This document shows, piece by piece, positions 63,201-64,000 of a DNA stretch of 64,000 nt. The notes beneath the pieces are model-generated. The model did not search any database and was not told the origin of the DNA. It saw only the letters and a list, made by a program, of their open reading frames with translations. Positions within the stretch are counted from its first letter, which is position 1. Each line of letters begins with the position of its first letter. A program made the translations under genes and the position numbers. Source of the stretch: Phyllobates terribilis (lineage: Eukaryota); the NCBI RefSeq assembly GCF_046119375.1, contig NW_027362765.1, forward strand, positions 16,430,001 to 16,494,000. Direction: 5' to 3'.

Positions 63201-64000
63201 GTGTGTACGAGGCGTACGGAGCCGAGCCGCGTGTGTACGAGGCGTACGGAGCCGAGCCGCGTGTGTACTAGGCGTACGGAGACGAGCCGCGTGTGTACGA
63301 GGCGTACGGAGCCGAGCCGCGTGTGTACGAGGCGTACGGAGCCGAGCCGCGTGTGTACGAGGCGTAAGGAGCCGAGCCGCGTGTGTACGAGGCGTAAGGA
63401 GCCGAGCCGCGTGTGTACGAGGCGTAAGGAGCCGAGCCGCGTGTGTACGAGGCGTAAGGAGCCGAGCCGCGTGTGTACGAGGCGTAAGGAGCCGAGCCGC
63501 GTGTGTACGAGGCGTAAGGAGCCGAGCCGCGTGTGTACGAGGCGTAAGGAGCCGAGCCGCGTGTGTACGAGGTGTACGGAATGGAGCCGTGTGTGTACGA
63601 GGTGTACGGAGCAGAGCCGTGTGTGTACGAGGCGTACGGAGCAGAGCCGTGTGTGTACGATGTGTACGGAGCGGAGCCGTGCGTGTAAGAGGTGTACAAA
63701 GCAGAGCCGCGCGTGTAAGAGGTGTACAGAGAGGAGCCACGCGTGTACGGAGCGAAGCCGCGTGTGTACGAGGTGTACGGAGCGGAGCCGCGTGTGTACG
63801 AGGTGTACGGAGCGGAGCCGTGTGTGTACGAGGTGTACGGAGCGGAGCCGCGCGTGTAAGAGGTGTACAAAGCGGAGCCGCGCGTGTAAGAGGTGTACAA
63901 AGCGGAGCCGCGCGTGTAAGAGGTGTACAAAGCGGAGCCGCGCGTGTAAGAGGTGTACAAAGCGGAGCCGCGCGTGTACGCGGTGTACAAAGCGGAGCCG
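60281..64000. repeat. CpG-dense 30-bp satellite, at least 120 units, runs off the window
   Basis: Exact 30-bp periodicity with blocks of variant units. Confidence 0.98.

Larger units (their letters stand above)
50017..64000. repeat. Segmental duplication copy 2 (runs off the right edge)
   Basis: Collinear with 6188-18817 with different insertions and deletions. Confidence 0.92.

Noticed and set aside
60186-63990. Very long ORFs (up to 1184 aa) over satellite 2
   Set aside because: Unit length is a multiple of 3 and several frames on both strands are open; no splice or domain support; repeat artefact.

Overview
Repeat-saturated anuran (frog) genomic DNA. The taxon is inferred from the FAX/KRAB-like zinc-finger gene and the transposon families; no prokaryotic features, RNA genes or CRISPR arrays were found. 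One host gene is present: an intact 6-coding-exon C2H2 zinc-finger gene on the minus strand (43420->38770, 583 aa, 10 intact fingers). A segmental duplication (6188-18817 vs 50017->64000, offset about 43.8 kb) carries a 164-bp perfectly conserved putative promoter/first exon wedged between a G-rich ~52-bp minisatellite and a CpG-dense 30-bp satellite. The rest is nested transposons, most with readable target-site duplications: two Tc1-type families (DD34E and DD38E), a non-autonomous Tf1/sushi-type LTR element with a self-priming PBS and a hairpin array in its LTRs, two near full-length L1s at the same nick, Penelope-like, L2, CR1, Chapaev3-like, piggyBac-like, hAT, Tc2-like and Harbinger-like elements, and solo LTRs. 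The long ORFs over tandem arrays are repeat artefacts. All coordinates and divergence figures were read by eye.
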